This document shows, piece by piece, positions 23,720 to 24,000 of a stretch of DNA of 24,000 nucleotides (the first letter of the stretch is position 1; each line of letters begins with the position of its first letter). The notes beneath the pieces were generated by a model. That model ran no database searches and was not told the origin of the DNA. It was given only the letters and a program-made list of their open reading frames with translations. Source of the stretch: Chryseolinea sp. T2 (GTDB lineage: Bacteria; Bacteroidota; Bacteroidia; Cytophagales; Cyclobacteriaceae). The DNA is taken from the NCBI RefSeq assembly GCF_037203685.1, contig NZ_JBBCAU010000001.1, forward strand, positions 415,005-439,004. The letters run 5' to 3'. The translations under genes were made by a program, and so were the position numbers.

Positions 23720-24000
23720 TTAGTTTTTTATCTTATCGTTAGGGTCTCCGTAACCCAATTGATCAAGTACAAAGTCCGTATAATCATGCCGGGGGTCCGT
23801 ATAGATCATAACGAGTTCCGCGGATTTGTCGAACATTATTGCGAGGTTGTTTTCCTTGCAAACCTTCTCCACCGCGTCCCACACCTTATCCTGTATGGGT
23901 TTAATTAATTCCTGTTTTTTCAGAAAGAAGAGTCCGTTGAAACCGAACACTTTTTTCTGATAGTCTTTCAGCTCTGTTTCCTTTTTTTGGATTGCTTCCG
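23720..24000 (-). CDS. OmpH/Skp family protein (C-terminal part; the N-terminus lies beyond the right edge)
   Basis: The ORF-track start at 23950 is a GTG inside a frame that stays open to position 24000. The upstream in-frame translation is ...EAIQKKETELKDYQKKV-FGFNGLFFLKKQELIKPIQDKVWDAVEKVCKENNLAIMFDKS..., a typical OmpH helical and C-terminal pattern. Confidence 0.8.
   Translation of the reverse strand, partial: EAIQKKETELKDYQKKVFGFNGLFFLKKQELIKPIQDKVWDAVEKVCKENNLAIMFDKSAELVMIYTDPRHDYTDFVLDQLGYGDPNDKIKN

Overview
The window looks like a core chromosomal segment of a Bacteroidota genome. This is inferred from the GldJ-type gliding/T9SS lipoprotein, tandem OmpH/Skp genes, a tandem LAB_N membrane protein, many lipoprotein signals and TAnnTTTG-type -7 promoter boxes. 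I support 22 protein-coding genes, most of them housekeeping. On the minus strand from the left: a TPR-like protein that runs off the left edge, then an Ig-like lipoprotein, a zinc-ribbon SAM methyltransferase and mnmG/gidA (joined by ATGA overlaps), ybeY, an RsbW-like ATPase, a 1160-aa membrane/coiled-coil protein, a small hypothetical and a CMD/AhpD-like protein. After that: comF (+), a small membrane protein (-), gldJ (-), a small hypothetical (+), mfd (-), a small membrane ORF coupled to a TlpA-like thiol-disulfide lipoprotein (+), a THUMP-like SAM methyltransferase and LAB_N protein (-), an HI0933-type flavoprotein (+), an LD-carboxypeptidase (-) and two OmpH genes (-, the last cut by the right edge). 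I saw no rRNA, tRNA, CRISPR array or mobile-element gene. The one region the genes do not explain is a 1,020-bp gap with no credible ORF (5377-6396) between ybeY and mnmG, in a block otherwise packed at -4 to 256 bp. It holds two identical 15-bp palindromic repeats exactly 100 bp apart in the presumed mnmG leader. It also holds an 11-bp tandem array closed by an 11-bp inverted repeat, a triple 9-mer pyrimidine repeat and a 16-bp perfect palindrome with flanking half-sites. I could not match it to tRNA, tmRNA, RNase P or SRP hallmarks by eye. It is my best candidate for an undescribed structured RNA or regulatory element, or alternatively a decayed insertion, and that remains inference. Everything else is ordinary, with a few operon-coupling and start-codon observations noted.
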